Shown: piece after piece, positions 16,996-26,871 of the stretch | Layout: each line of letters opens with the position of its first letter | Numbering within the stretch: the stretch's first letter is position 1 | NCBI GenBank assembly: GCA_020347625.1 | Contig: CP070735.1 | Coordinates: 1,378,020-1,431,879, forward strand | Direction: 5' to 3' | DNA: 53,860 bases | Origin: Deltaproteobacteria bacterium | GTDB lineage: Bacteria; Desulfobacterota; Syntrophobacteria; BM002 | The notes under the pieces: generated by a model | The model's input: only the letters and a program-made list of their open reading frames with translations | The model's database searches: none | What the model was told of the DNA's origin: nothing | Program-made: the position numbers and the translations under genes

Positions 16996-18176
16996 TAGAC
17001 TCTACCCCCCCTCTCACCACCCCATGCCTCCAGCCACCGAGCTGTCTCCTGAGCACCATCTAAGCTTACTGGAGACGAAACGGTGGCCCTCGGCTTATTC
17101 AGAGATACCTTCATCAGAGCTGCCAGCCGCGATGGTTCCAAATCTTCATCGTCCACCACCGTCATACTGCCCACGGCGGCAAGTTTTTCCGCCCGCAACC
17201 GCTGCTCGCGGTTCTGCCCAAATGGGTAGACGAGCGAGGGAACACCGGCTGCCAGTAAATTCATGCTGGTATTATATCCCGCCATACTAATTGAGAGATC
17301 GGCGGCAGCCAAAAACGAGAGAAATTCCCTAGTGAAACGAGCCACCTCCACCCCTGGCAGTGAGGCGGCCCGTTGGGCAATCGAGCCAAAATCGCCCTCG
17401 GCCATGTAGGGCCCGGTAAAGATGTGGAGACGCAGTCGTCTTTCTTCAACTAGCTGAGAATGGGCTTCAAGCACTGCCATGAGCAGCACAGTACCCACCT
17501 TGCCTCCCCCAACGCTGGCAACGACTAGCGGTTCATCCTCGCTCATTCCCAACCGTTCCCTCAACTCTCTACCAGCGTTTTCACCTGGAACCGGAGTAAC
17601 AAAGCCGGTGTAAACAACCGGTATTCTTATTTCTGCCGCGCTCTCAAAAGTTTCCTCCAGAGACACCAATTTCGGATCTGCGTGGATCAGCAACGCATCA
17701 AAATAGCGGCTAAGCAAATCCACAACCCGCCGCTCGTAAGCCTCCTGACCTTCCTTCTCAACCAGGATGTCCCGAAGGCTGCAAGCCACCTTAACTGAAC
17801 CGAAATCACCCCGACGTATACTCTCTAACAGCGGAAGCAGTTCAAAACCAAAACGTTTACGCCCAAATGGAAAGAGTTCCACCAAAAATAGATCTTGACC
17901 ATTTTTTTCAAACAGTGAACGTAGTAATAGCCTTCTCTCATCTTGCACTTCCGGGGCAGAGCGCTTCGCATCAGTGGGAAATAGACCCGTGAAGTTGGGA
18001 TCCATTCTCAGGCCAGGAAGCTTGTATTCGTTCACATGCGGCGGCAATTCCACGTCCACGGGCGGTCCGCCCGTCACCAGCACTACCTGATGACGGTGCA
18101 GCGCCCTTGCAATCTCGACGCTGCGGAAATAGTGACCAATTCCCAAAACATGCTGGCAATAATGTATTATCTTCAT
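16995..18176 (-). CDS. glycosyltransferase, MurG/GT28-like (COG4671-type), paralogue of 22652-23887
   Basis: MKIIHYCQHVLGIGHYFRSVEIARAL N-terminus. C-terminal ADLSISMAGYNTSMNLL nucleotide-sugar binding block. Same architecture as the 23887 gene. Confidence 0.7.
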   Translation of the reverse strand: MKIIHYCQHVLGIGHYFRSVEIARALHRHQVVLVTGGPPVDVELPPHVNEYKLPGLRMDPNFTGLFPTDAKRSAPEVQDERRLLLRSLFEKNGQDLFLVELFPFGRKRFGFELLPLLESIRRGDFGSVKVACSLRDILVEKEGQEAYERRVVDLLSRYFDALLIHADPKLVSLEETFESAAEIRIPVVYTGFVTPVPGENAGRELRERLGMSEDEPLVVASVGGGKVGTVLLMAVLEAHSQLVEERRLRLHIFTGPYMAEGDFGSIAQRAASLPGVEVARFTREFLSFLAAADLSISMAGYNTSMNLLAAGVPSLVYPFGQNREQRLRAEKLAAVGSMTVVDDEDLEPSRLAALMKVSLNKPRATVSSPVSLDGAQETARWLEAWGGERGGRV

Positions 18177-18218
18177 TTGTTATTTGTCATCTGTTGTTGG
18201 TCATTGGTCATCTTGCGG
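18177..18218. repeat. period-7 array containing TTGGTCA units
   Basis: TTGTTAT TTGTCAT CTGTTGT TGGTCAT TGGTCAT CTTGCGG, directly upstream of the GT gene start. Confidence 0.7.
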
Positions 18219-18284
18219 TCTTTCCTCCTCACATCCGATGAAAAATCGGCAGAGTAAATAACCGGCCAACCAATAAGTACAATT

Positions 18285-18893
18285 TTAAATTCGCTCATTC
18301 AAATGCTGGATATGGAATTCTTCGCCATCGAAGGACAACCAGTGGAGCCTGTACGGCTCAATCAAACGGGGCTCCTCCGGCAGAAAATTCCGCTTGCAAA
18401 GCCGGTAAAGTAGACACCTAATGACGCCACCGTGGGTCACAACGAGAATATGGTCACCCCCTCGGTTTTGGGCTATTTCCGTAAGCGCTTGTCGACTGCG
18501 CTCCAGCACTTCCAGGCGGCTTTCTCCACCAGCTGGACGAAAGTGCCATCCCATTTTCACCTGCTCTTCCAGGTCATCGGTGCTGAGGTCGCCGAACTTC
18601 ATGCCCGACCACATGCCCCAGTGCTGCTCGCGCAGACGACGTTCCTCTGAAAAAGGAAGATTGAGACTTTGGTTTATTATATTTGCTGTAAGTTTCGCTC
18701 TCCCCAAATCGCTCGTCACTAAATGATCAAATTGATATCTGATAAGCACACGACCCCATTCCTCGGCCTGCTGCCTGCCGTCAGAGGTGAGAGGAGCGTC
18801 CTGCTGCCCCTGAATGCGCTTCTCACGGTTCCACTCGGTCTCCGCATGGCGCAACAAGGCGAACTGAGTTATGGAGCTTTTATCTGAGTTCAT
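18285..18893 (-). CDS. histidine phosphatase (phosphoglycerate-mutase-like) family protein
   Basis: FALLRHAETEWN (RHG motif) and VVTHGGVIR (second catalytic His). ATG 18893 overlaps the upstream GT stop by 14 nt. Confidence 0.8.
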   Translation of the reverse strand: MNSDKSSITQFALLRHAETEWNREKRIQGQQDAPLTSDGRQQAEEWGRVLIRYQFDHLVTSDLGRAKLTANIINQSLNLPFSEERRLREQHWGMWSGMKFGDLSTDDLEEQVKMGWHFRPAGGESRLEVLERSRQALTEIAQNRGGDHILVVTHGGVIRCLLYRLCKRNFLPEEPRLIEPYRLHWLSFDGEEFHIQHLNERI

Positions 18894-20016
18894 TCCTTTT
18901 AGCCAATCTGAGCAGAATATCTTCGACAATGCCATAGTTCTTTTGAAGATCGTGCCGACGGCGAACGTGACTACTTGCTGCTTCCCCCATGCGTTCCCGC
19001 AGGGTCGAATCCTCTAATAGCCGTGCAACAGCCTGGTCAAATGCGCTGGAGTCGAAAGGACGCACCAGATAGCCGCTCACGCCATTGGACACGACTTCCG
19101 GGATACCACCGTCAGCAAAGGCGACTACAGGCAGTCCACAGGATTGGGCCTCCAGATAAACCATACCTAAGGTCTCACGAATTCCTGGGAAAACAAACAA
19201 ATCTCCTGCGCTGTAGAAACGATACATCTGCTCCCGTGGCACCTTACCGAGAAAGCGGACCCGCCCTGGAAGCCATTCTGCGGCCAGTCGACGAAGTCGG
19301 GGCGCATCCTTCCCGTCACCTGCTATTACCAAATACAAGGGATATTCTTGGCGATAGAGCTCCCCGCAGGATCGGATCACCCAGGAAAGACCGTCACTCT
19401 TTACGCCCGGGCGAAACATGGCAGCACTAAGCACCACTACGGATTCACCCGTACCCCACTCTCGGCGCAGTTCTTCACGGTGCATCGAGTCAAACCTAAA
19501 ATGTTCCGGCAAAATTCCAGGCGCCACGTAAGTTAGCTTTTCCTCTGGTATGATTCTAACCAGATTGTTTAGATCCTCCTTCCTGTTGGTAAAGACGTGG
19601 TCAGCAGCCAGAAGAGCCTTACGGTTCAAGACAAAGCCCGCCCAGCTTCGCCAGTTTTTGCGCCTCTTGGTGGAATAAATGCCCTGAAAGATTGCGTAGG
19701 GCAAGCGGAGACGACGACTACACTCGGGACCGAGGAGATCAGGTGCCTTGTAGTAGCTATGGTAAGTCAACCAAAGGTTCGCGCCCATGCTGCGGCACCC
19801 TTTTAACGACTGACTTCTGGCCCAGGCCAACTGCGGCCAGAGCCACGGCTTCCAGTAAATCCAGCGGGCACGGAGACGACTGACCCTTTCGAGCTGATGA
19901 CCACGTCTTTCGAGAAAATGATACAGGCCGGTCCCTATTACTAGGTCTCCGGAAGGATGGGGGTGTCCCAGTGGTTTAAACGGGGCGTAAAAGGCAATGC
20001 GCATCTCTGGGGACAT
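18880..20016 (-). CDS. glycosyltransferase family 4 (GT-B, Glycos_transf_1)
   Basis: LFVFPGIRETLGMVYLEAQSCGLPVVAFADGGIPEVV, the E-x7-E type motif. Confidence 0.85.
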   Translation of the reverse strand: MSPEMRIAFYAPFKPLGHPHPSGDLVIGTGLYHFLERRGHQLERVSRLRARWIYWKPWLWPQLAWARSQSLKGCRSMGANLWLTYHSYYKAPDLLGPECSRRLRLPYAIFQGIYSTKRRKNWRSWAGFVLNRKALLAADHVFTNRKEDLNNLVRIIPEEKLTYVAPGILPEHFRFDSMHREELRREWGTGESVVVLSAAMFRPGVKSDGLSWVIRSCGELYRQEYPLYLVIAGDGKDAPRLRRLAAEWLPGRVRFLGKVPREQMYRFYSAGDLFVFPGIRETLGMVYLEAQSCGLPVVAFADGGIPEVVSNGVSGYLVRPFDSSAFDQAVARLLEDSTLRERMGEAASSHVRRRHDLQKNYGIVEDILLRLAKRNELR

Positions 20017-20126
20017 GGGTTGACCAACTATTCTTACCAGGCACTAGGCATATCTCTAATTTCGCATGTTGCATTTAATCATTAGGGATAAGGCGCAAAA
20101 ACTATAACGAATGTTATTCTCCACTG

Positions 20127-20161
20127 TTCAATGCGCAATGAGAAATGTGAGATGTGAATGG
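20127..20161. repeat. period-7 array (NNNAATG)
   Basis: TTCAATG CGCAATG AGAAATG TGAGATG TGAATGG. This is the complement-type of the CACATNN arrays at 4329 and 31660. Confidence 0.7.
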
Positions 20162-20201
20162 ACACTAGGCAGCATCCCATTTCTTAGTAGTGCTGTTTAC
20201 G

Positions 20202-21431
20202 CTATGCGTCCTTGAGGCCGGCTTGCTCGAAAAGTGCTGCTAGATTGCTAATCAGCTTTCTATTATCGAAATCGTCTCGAACCTTTTGGCGTGCACCCGT
20301 AATCACCCGATTGCGCAGATTAAGATCAAACAGCAAACGAGCCATACCCTCAGCCATGGCCTCAGGTTGACCGGGCTCCACCAATACACCGGTTCGGCCG
20401 TTTTCCACAAGCTCCGGGATAGCTGAAACGCGGGTGGCCAACACCGGTACTCCCATGGCCATACTTTCGAGAAAAACATTGGGAATACCGTCCCGGTCAC
20501 CATTTTTAGCCACCTCGCAACCCAGAACAAAGAGGTCGGCCTTCCTGTACTGATCCAGCACCTTTTCGTGTGGCTGGGTGCCCAACCAATCGCACATGTT
20601 ATCAAGACGTAACCGATGGAGGAATTTCAGGAGCGCTTGCCGTTCCTCCCCGTCGCCAATAAGGGTGTAGCGAAAGGAGTGTCCTTGATCTGCCAGATGC
20701 CTCAGGGCGCGGAAGACCGTGGGCAATCCCTTTTTTTCCACCAAACGGGCAATGCTCAATACCCGATATGGCGGGGAAGGTTTTCGCCCTTGGGAAGGGG
20801 TTGAGAAAAATCCCGCGTCTATACCATGGTAGATGCGGTAAATGGCATTTTTTCCGGGAGACAATCCCCGGAGAAAGCTCCGGTTGTAGTCGGTGCAGGT
20901 TACCACAAACTCCGCCAGTTCGATCTTTTCTTGGAGTTGACGAGGATCGGAGGTGTAAATGTCCTTGGCGTGGGCGGTGAAACTGAAAGGAAGTCCGCTG
21001 AGTTTATTGGCAAATAGTGCCACTGAGGTGGGCGAATGGGCAAAGTGGGCGTGCAGGTGTCGGACACCCGTACCAGGGAGGAGTGAGTGAACCAGGTATC
21101 CTGCCTGGAATAGGTGTTTGATGGTGGCCACTTTTTTGGTCCGTCGAAAGCGGGCGAGCATGAGTCGAAACGCCCGTGAATAATCAGCTGGACGCGACCT
21201 GGCCAGTAGTAAGTTATGATAGAGGAGACATGGCAGATGCGCGAGTAGCGTTTCGGGCAAATAGTCCACCTGGGCCCGAATCTGCTTCACGCTTCGGTGG
21301 GTAAAAGACTCACGCGGTTGGCGCATGGAAAAAAGATGCAGCGAAAAATCCAGGTTTTCCAGTAGGTGAATCTCGTTGGATATGAACGTCTCACTGATGC
21401 GGGGATACCCCTTAAGTATGTAACCTATCAC
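20202..21431 (-). CDS. glycosyltransferase family 4 (WcaL-like)
   Basis: GTG start. N-terminus IGYILKGYPRISETFISNEIHLLE. C-terminal GDRDGIPNVFLESMAMGVPVLATRVSAIPELV. Confidence 0.85.
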   Translation of the reverse strand: MIGYILKGYPRISETFISNEIHLLENLDFSLHLFSMRQPRESFTHRSVKQIRAQVDYLPETLLAHLPCLLYHNLLLARSRPADYSRAFRLMLARFRRTKKVATIKHLFQAGYLVHSLLPGTGVRHLHAHFAHSPTSVALFANKLSGLPFSFTAHAKDIYTSDPRQLQEKIELAEFVVTCTDYNRSFLRGLSPGKNAIYRIYHGIDAGFFSTPSQGRKPSPPYRVLSIARLVEKKGLPTVFRALRHLADQGHSFRYTLIGDGEERQALLKFLHRLRLDNMCDWLGTQPHEKVLDQYRKADLFVLGCEVAKNGDRDGIPNVFLESMAMGVPVLATRVSAIPELVENGRTGVLVEPGQPEAMAEGMARLLFDLNLRNRVITGARQKVRDDFDNRKLISNLAALFEQAGLKDA

Positions 21432-21639
21432 GCTTTTTTACTCTTGGGTTCGCTTGCATTGGGGAAAAACTTTCGCGCAATCTGACGAATCAAGTCTTGA
21501 ATGGGTCCGTCTCGTCGCCTAAGTCATGATATTAGGCAGAATCAAGCAATCTCTTTGGATCCACGATAGTATCACGCCTAACCTTGTCCAGTCCAGCGAG
21601 GGCACGGTGCGTCATCCTTTGGACCGGCGAGATCCTCAG

Positions 21640-22302
21640 TTATTCTTCTCCGCCCGCAATATTTAGAGTCATCTCCTGGCCATTTACCAGTAGGTAATAC
21701 GCTGGCCATTCGGTCCAACACCCCGTATTGATGTACCGAATTCCATCGAAAACTCTATCTTCAGCATTATGAGTATGCCCGCATGTAACCGCGGCGAAGC
21801 CATGTTGCCTGGCATAGCGCACAGCTTTCTGCATCAGATATTTGCAGTAATACTTGTAGAACATCTTGAACCGCTTAACCATTTGGGCCAGGTTCACATC
21901 CTGGCCCCCTAGACCCAACCAGATATTACCCATGAAGCGGACCGTATCCACTGCAACTTTGTTCCTCCCCCAGAGCCTATCGAAGACATCGCCGTGGGCG
22001 ATTAACAATTGATTGTCCAATCTATACATACCCTTGAAGTCTATTTTTCCCGGCTCTTCCAACAAAAAGTGACTGTCGTGATTTCCACGCACCCAAACGA
22101 CTTTTCTATGAAACGACTCCTTCTTGATAAGCGCCAGTATTCGTTGGTCTGACGGGGTCAGGCTCTTTCCGTGCTTATCGACGACATCTCCATTTAAAAT
22201 AAGATCCCACTCTTCTGGAAGGGCTTTCAAAAAGTTTTCAAAATGGCGTGATAAAGAAAATCTGGCTCCCAGGTGCAAATCACTAATAATAATCGCCTTC
22301 AT
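21640..22302 (-). CDS. calcineurin-like metallophosphoesterase with LpxH-like architecture
   Basis: ATG 22302. Motifs ISDLHLG, NGDVVD, RGNHD, AHGD and CGHTH. Confidence 0.8.
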   Translation of the reverse strand: MKAIIISDLHLGARFSLSRHFENFLKALPEEWDLILNGDVVDKHGKSLTPSDQRILALIKKESFHRKVVWVRGNHDSHFLLEEPGKIDFKGMYRLDNQLLIAHGDVFDRLWGRNKVAVDTVRFMGNIWLGLGGQDVNLAQMVKRFKMFYKYYCKYLMQKAVRYARQHGFAAVTCGHTHNAEDRVFDGIRYINTGCWTEWPAYYLLVNGQEMTLNIAGGEE

Positions 22303-22374
22303 TTCACCAACCAACCCATTGGTTCGTAAATTTGCTCCCGCGTACCCTTAGCTTTGAGCTGCCCCGGGGGGAGA

Positions 22375-22461
22375 GGTACAAGGTGCAGGGTATAGGGTTC
22401 AGGGTAGAATGAATCTTTAATACTCTTTATTTCCCTGCACCTTACACCTTGCACCTTTTAC
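22375..22461. repeat. inverted pair of heptamer arrays (GGTNNAG / CTTNCAC)
   Basis: GGTACAA GGTGCAG GGTATAG GGTTCAG GGTAGAA (22375-22409) against CCTGCAC CTTACAC CTTGCAC CTTTTAC (22434-22461). Confidence 0.8.
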
Positions 22462-22651
22462 CTCTTTTGTTTGCAAAGCCATTGAAACTTGACCTGGCCC
22501 GCAGGACCAGGTTTTCTTGCCCAAATAAAAGAAGCCCGCCGAAGCGGACCTCCCTGTTTATCCGTAACCCATCCAGCTTTAGAAAAGTCAATCCAACTTG
22601 TCTACCTTTTGAGCAAGACCTGCAAGAATCGCTCAATTTACTTCCGATCTA

Positions 22652-23887
22652 TTATTTCTTTCCTGCGACTCGTAATATTTTTTTCCGCTCACTGCCTCCC
22701 CAGCGAAACTCGGCCAACCGCTGGCGCATAACCTCAAGGCCGGTAAACTGAAATTCCTCTATTGCCTGATGATAGGGTTGTGGATTCTCGAGCATGGTGA
22801 GCAATTTTTCTTTTAATTTGCTGGCATTGAGTTCCTGCCATGGTATGAAGTCTGCCAATTTTTTCTCATGCAACACCTGTGCTCTGATCAACTGCTCCTG
22901 ACGCGGTTTTTCTCGAGGAATAATCAGTGATACCTTGCCCTGGCTCAAGATCTCGCAGACCGTATTATAACCACCCATGCTCACCACAACATCGCTGGCC
23001 CCTATTAGTCTCTCCATCCGTCGATAGAACCGATAGGCACGAATCTTGAGGGCTCTGCTCCTGGCAAGGACCTCCATCCGCTTTTTCTTAGCCAGGAAGG
23101 GCCCGGTAACAATCACGGTGCGAAAGGGTGGTGATCCTTCCCATGCCTCCAACATACTGAGAAATGCATCCAAATGGGCGTAGCCGTCACCACCGCCCCC
23201 GGTGGTGACCACCACCAACTTTTCCTCAGGACCGAGGCGCTGTTCCCTGCGCACATCTTTCAGTTCTCCAGGCTTCGGCACTGTCCGAGGAATATACCCG
23301 GTGAAGATCATCTTCCGACTCGTCTCCTCCGGGATGTTGTATTCGCGAATCGGGTCGTAAAACTCCCGATTGCCATAAACCCAAATCTCAGAATAATACT
23401 TGTCTAGCACGTCATAGACGCCCTTCTCTTCCCAATCTCGTTGGGTGCTTTCGGCATCGTCCATGATATCCCTGAGCCCGAGTATGGTCTGAGCGCGCGG
23501 GTGACAACGCCTGAGCCACTGCAAGGTCGGGATGATTTCCCGCTTGAGGCCGAGTGGTGCCTTGTCAACGATGAAAAGCTGAGGCTGGAAGGCCTTGGCT
23601 GTGCCCGTGATAATTGTCTGCCTGATTTTCAGGGCGTGCCGGGCGTTGATTTTGATTGAGAGGGGAAGATATTCCTCGTTGGTCATCTTGATCATGCCCG
23701 GCACCCGGACGAAATCGATCTGAGGTGGAAAATCGAAACGGCCTACGATTGGTGAACCTGTGAGAATCAGGATGTTTACGTTGGGATCTCGCAGTTGGGA
23801 GGCAATAGCCAGGGTCCGACGGATGTGGCCCAGGCCATAGGTATCGTGCGAGTACATCAGAATGTTGTAGGTGGTTTTACGGGCCAT
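22652..23887 (-). CDS. glycosyltransferase, MurG/GT28-like (COG4671-type)
   Basis: ATG 23887. YSHDTYGLGHIRRTLAIASQL N-terminus and SDVVVSMGGYNTVCEIL C-terminal block. Confidence 0.7.
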   Translation of the reverse strand: MARKTTYNILMYSHDTYGLGHIRRTLAIASQLRDPNVNILILTGSPIVGRFDFPPQIDFVRVPGMIKMTNEEYLPLSIKINARHALKIRQTIITGTAKAFQPQLFIVDKAPLGLKREIIPTLQWLRRCHPRAQTILGLRDIMDDAESTQRDWEEKGVYDVLDKYYSEIWVYGNREFYDPIREYNIPEETSRKMIFTGYIPRTVPKPGELKDVRREQRLGPEEKLVVVTTGGGGDGYAHLDAFLSMLEAWEGSPPFRTVIVTGPFLAKKKRMEVLARSRALKIRAYRFYRRMERLIGASDVVVSMGGYNTVCEILSQGKVSLIIPREKPRQEQLIRAQVLHEKKLADFIPWQELNASKLKEKLLTMLENPQPYHQAIEEFQFTGLEVMRQRLAEFRWGGSERKKILRVAGKK

Positions 23888-24019
23888 GCATACTTCCAAT
23901 CGAATCTGAGTTGGCGAAATATAGCATATGAAGTCGCGTCGATCGAAGGCCCAGTCAGTTCATTCTCTAAAACATGGCGACTCTACTAGATAAGCCTTCA
24001 AAGGTCAAGTGAAAGTCCC

Positions 24020-24047
24020 TTGACTGCAAATCAGGCTTTCCTATAAT
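24020..24047 (+). promoter_or_regulatory. near-consensus sigma70 promoter for the DUF1343 gene
   Basis: TTGACT (24020-24025), 16-nt spacer, TATAAT (24042-24047). This leaves a leader of about 115 nt before ATG 24168. Confidence 0.5.
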
Positions 24048-24167
24048 GGCGTAAACTCACACACGCTGCAAAGGGTCTAGTTCAGGCCAAAGTTATCGGT
24101 TGCAACTTGTACCATTTCATCAACGCTGCTATAACCATTACCCCGGAACCCGAACTCGGAATTAGAA

Positions 24168-25340
24168 ATGGCTTCAGTTCATCTCGGTATAGACAACCTG
24201 TTGTCAAGCCAACCAGCGTGGCTTCAAAGCGCTCGCTTGGGGCTCCTGGCCAATCAGGCTTCTGTGGATGGCCACCTTCGCCACACTCGAGATCGGCTAC
24301 TAGATGCCAACGTCAATCTCACGGCGATCTTTGCCCCTCAGCACGGATATTTTGGTGAATTGCAGGCCAACATGGTCGAGTCTGATCATTTTGTTGACGA
24401 TCAGCTTGGTATTCCCGTTTTCAGCCTGTACGGAGAAGCCCGCCAGCCCACTGCTGCCATGCTGTCACACATTGATGTCCTTGTTGTTGATCTGCAGGAT
24501 GTCGGTACCCGCGTCTACACTTTCGCTACCACCTTGGCCTTATGCCTCGAGGCTGCCCGAGACCACAATGTAAAGGTGGTTGTTCTGGATCGACCAAATC
24601 CCATTGGCGGCCAGCAAATTGAAGGAAACCTCTTGGAGATGGAGCTCCGTTCTTTTGTGGGCTATTTCCCGATCCCCATGCGACATGGGCTTACCATGGC
24701 CGAATTGGCCCGACTGTTCAATGAGGCTTTCGGCATTGGTGCGGTTCTGGAGATCTTTGCCATGAAAGGCTGGAGCCGTGCCATGCTTTACCCCCAGACA
24801 GGATTGTATTGGGTGCCACCTTCGCCTAATCTGCCAACCTCCAAGTCAACCCTGGTTTACCCTGGCCAGGTTATCCTGGAGGGTACAAATCTCTCAGAAG
24901 GAAGAGGCACCACCACACCTTTCGAACTCTGGGGTTCTCCCTATCTCGAACCCAAATTGGTTCTGGAGCACCTCGCCGAGGAAAACCTCAGTGGTGCGGT
25001 GCTGCGGCCGGTGCGTTTCCAGCCCTGTTTTGACAAGTGGGCTGGACAAAGCTGCGCTGGTTTCCAGATTCACGTCACCAATTCTGACGATTACCGACCC
25101 TACGCCACATCTCTCGCCCTGGTTCGGGCTGTGCTAACTGCACACCCGGAGGAATTCGCCTGGAGTGCACCACCGTACGAGTACGAGTTTCACCATCTTC
25201 CCATCGAGATTATCCTGGGCAGTGCTCATCTGCGCAGGCAGTTGGAAGCAGGAGTGACCATTGCGGATTTGGAGCAGAGCTGGCAAACACAGCTGAGTGA
25301 CTTTCGCCAACAATGCACCCCATACCTGCTCTATTCCTGA
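24168..25340 (+). CDS. DUF1343 family protein (NamZ/YbbC-like exo-beta-N-acetylmuramidase)
   Basis: ARLGLLANQASVD, IFAPQHGYFGE, IPVFSLYGE and DVLVVDLQDVGTRVYTF are characteristic of DUF1343. Confidence 0.8.
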   Translation: MASVHLGIDNLLSSQPAWLQSARLGLLANQASVDGHLRHTRDRLLDANVNLTAIFAPQHGYFGELQANMVESDHFVDDQLGIPVFSLYGEARQPTAAMLSHIDVLVVDLQDVGTRVYTFATTLALCLEAARDHNVKVVVLDRPNPIGGQQIEGNLLEMELRSFVGYFPIPMRHGLTMAELARLFNEAFGIGAVLEIFAMKGWSRAMLYPQTGLYWVPPSPNLPTSKSTLVYPGQVILEGTNLSEGRGTTTPFELWGSPYLEPKLVLEHLAEENLSGAVLRPVRFQPCFDKWAGQSCAGFQIHVTNSDDYRPYATSLALVRAVLTAHPEEFAWSAPPYEYEFHHLPIEIILGSAHLRRQLEAGVTIADLEQSWQTQLSDFRQQCTPYLLYS

Positions 25341-25647
25341 GTAAGCAGAAACCGAAAAGAACCTGGACGAGCTATCTTTACTCACCATACCAGCCCATTT
25401 AGCGGGAGCAATGTCGTTGTCCAAAACATTTAAATTCAACCGTTCAGTTGGGTCACATATTCGAACCGGCTGGCTTGCAACTTGCATTAAGTGTGGATTG
25501 GGAAAGACAGTCGATGAAAATCTGGTAATTGTTTCCTGGTGGCTATACATTAGTATTATGATTTTAATAAGCTTTTAGGTTCGCTTACAATTTTTGTCGT
25601 AGGTGCGGATATTTTTCCTCGATCGAGTAATCAGCGAATTCACGCTT

Positions 25648-26241
25648 ATGGCCTGTATATATCACCCTGATCACGACAGCGTTGCCTTCTGTGCCAAGTG
25701 TGAGGCCGACCTCTGTGAGGATTGCGTCATCCGAGTAGAAGACGGCCGAACGCTTTGCCACCGATGCATGCTGGCCCTGTCAATTGAGCATGTCAAAAGT
25801 GAAACCAGCATACTTATCCAGACAGAAGAAGACGAGCTTGTCGGCCTCAAGCGAGAGTGGCACCCCACCTACATTCACAAAATACTGCTAATTGGGGCTT
25901 TGCTCGTGCTAGTGCTCGGAGGTCTCTGGTTTCACTTGAGCCAAACTGAACAACCGCCCCAGATAACTGTGGAGTCCAGAGATCCGGTGGAAGTTCTCGC
26001 TGGTATACAGGCAGCATTGGAACGGTATGCCGTGGCACACTCCAATCGTTATCCTGACAGCCTCTACGATCTCTTGCCTGGTTTTTTAGCCGTTAGCTGG
26101 GAGAATCAAAGGGTATTGCGATATCTTGAATACGAGCTCGACCAACGTGAAGGTTACCGCCTTCGAATCCAGGCGGATTCAGGCTTGCCGGGAGCGGATC
26201 TAGTAGCCAATTCACAAGACATTAATCCGTTAAGTGAGTGA
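25648..26241 (+). CDS. hypothetical membrane-anchored protein with an N-terminal B-box-like zinc finger
   Basis: ATG 25648 preferred over GTG 25603. CIYHPDHDSVAFCAKCEADLCEDCV...CHRC, then one TM segment (ILLIGALLVLVLGGLWF). Confidence 0.55.
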   Translation: MACIYHPDHDSVAFCAKCEADLCEDCVIRVEDGRTLCHRCMLALSIEHVKSETSILIQTEEDELVGLKREWHPTYIHKILLIGALLVLVLGGLWFHLSQTEQPPQITVESRDPVEVLAGIQAALERYAVAHSNRYPDSLYDLLPGFLAVSWENQRVLRYLEYELDQREGYRLRIQADSGLPGADLVANSQDINPLSE

Positions 26242-26253
26242 AGTCAGCCCACG

Positions 26254-26859
26254 ATGTTTGGACAGCAACAGTTTCGAAAAGGCAAGGGCTTTACCTTGCT
26301 GGAGCTTGTGACAACCCTTGGTGTGGTGGCTGTACTTGCGGCAGTGGCGATTCCAACCTATATGGCCTACCTCAAGCGTGACAGGAAAGTTGAGTGTCAG
26401 GCCTCAGTACGCAACTTTTTGAGAGCCCAAGAGCTCTATTATTTGGATAATCAGAACTTCTATCCTCTTAGGCCGGGTGAGACCACCGAAAATTCAGGAA
26501 AGGTGGTTGAAATCGGCTGGAATCCAACCAACCGCCCCGCCCAGCCTCTCGAATACGTTCTTACGGACCTGGCAATGGAATTCCGGGCTGAGGGCCACCG
26601 CGGCTATAGAATCAAGGCGGTAAACGTCCAGCAGCCAGAACTGTTCAAGCAGTCGTTGGTTTTTAGCTTGCGGACCAACGAGGGTTTTCACAACGATGGC
26701 ACCACCGACTATCAATACCAGTTCAAGATGTTCAATCGGCAAGATTCAACCGGACCTCCCAGCTGGAACACACATGGTCAGTGGATGGTCCGCAATTGGT
26801 TCTGGTTTGACATCTTCGGATGTCCTGCATGGCGGTGGACCCCTAAATGCCAAAGATGA
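26254..26859 (+). CDS. prepilin-type N-terminal cleavage/methylation domain protein (type IV pilin-like)
   Basis: KGKGFTLLELVTTLGVVAVLAAVAIPTYMAY is the canonical G/FTLLE class III signal with Glu at +5. Confidence 0.85.
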   Translation: MFGQQQFRKGKGFTLLELVTTLGVVAVLAAVAIPTYMAYLKRDRKVECQASVRNFLRAQELYYLDNQNFYPLRPGETTENSGKVVEIGWNPTNRPAQPLEYVLTDLAMEFRAEGHRGYRIKAVNVQQPELFKQSLVFSLRTNEGFHNDGTTDYQYQFKMFNRQDSTGPPSWNTHGQWMVRNWFWFDIFGCPAWRWTPKCQR

Positions 26860-26871
26860 TCGGCCTGAGAG

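Noticed and set aside
16180-23887. Glycosyltransferase island considered as a horizontally acquired genomic island
   Set aside because: There is no flanking tRNA, integrase, transposase or direct repeats. The spacers carry the same heptamer-array families as the rest of the window, which argues for resident DNA. Compositional statistics were not computed.
25134-25550. 138-aa minus-strand ORF spanning the end of the DUF1343 gene and the following spacer
   Set aside because: About half of it is antisense to the well-supported DUF1343 CDS. It has no RBS or motif.
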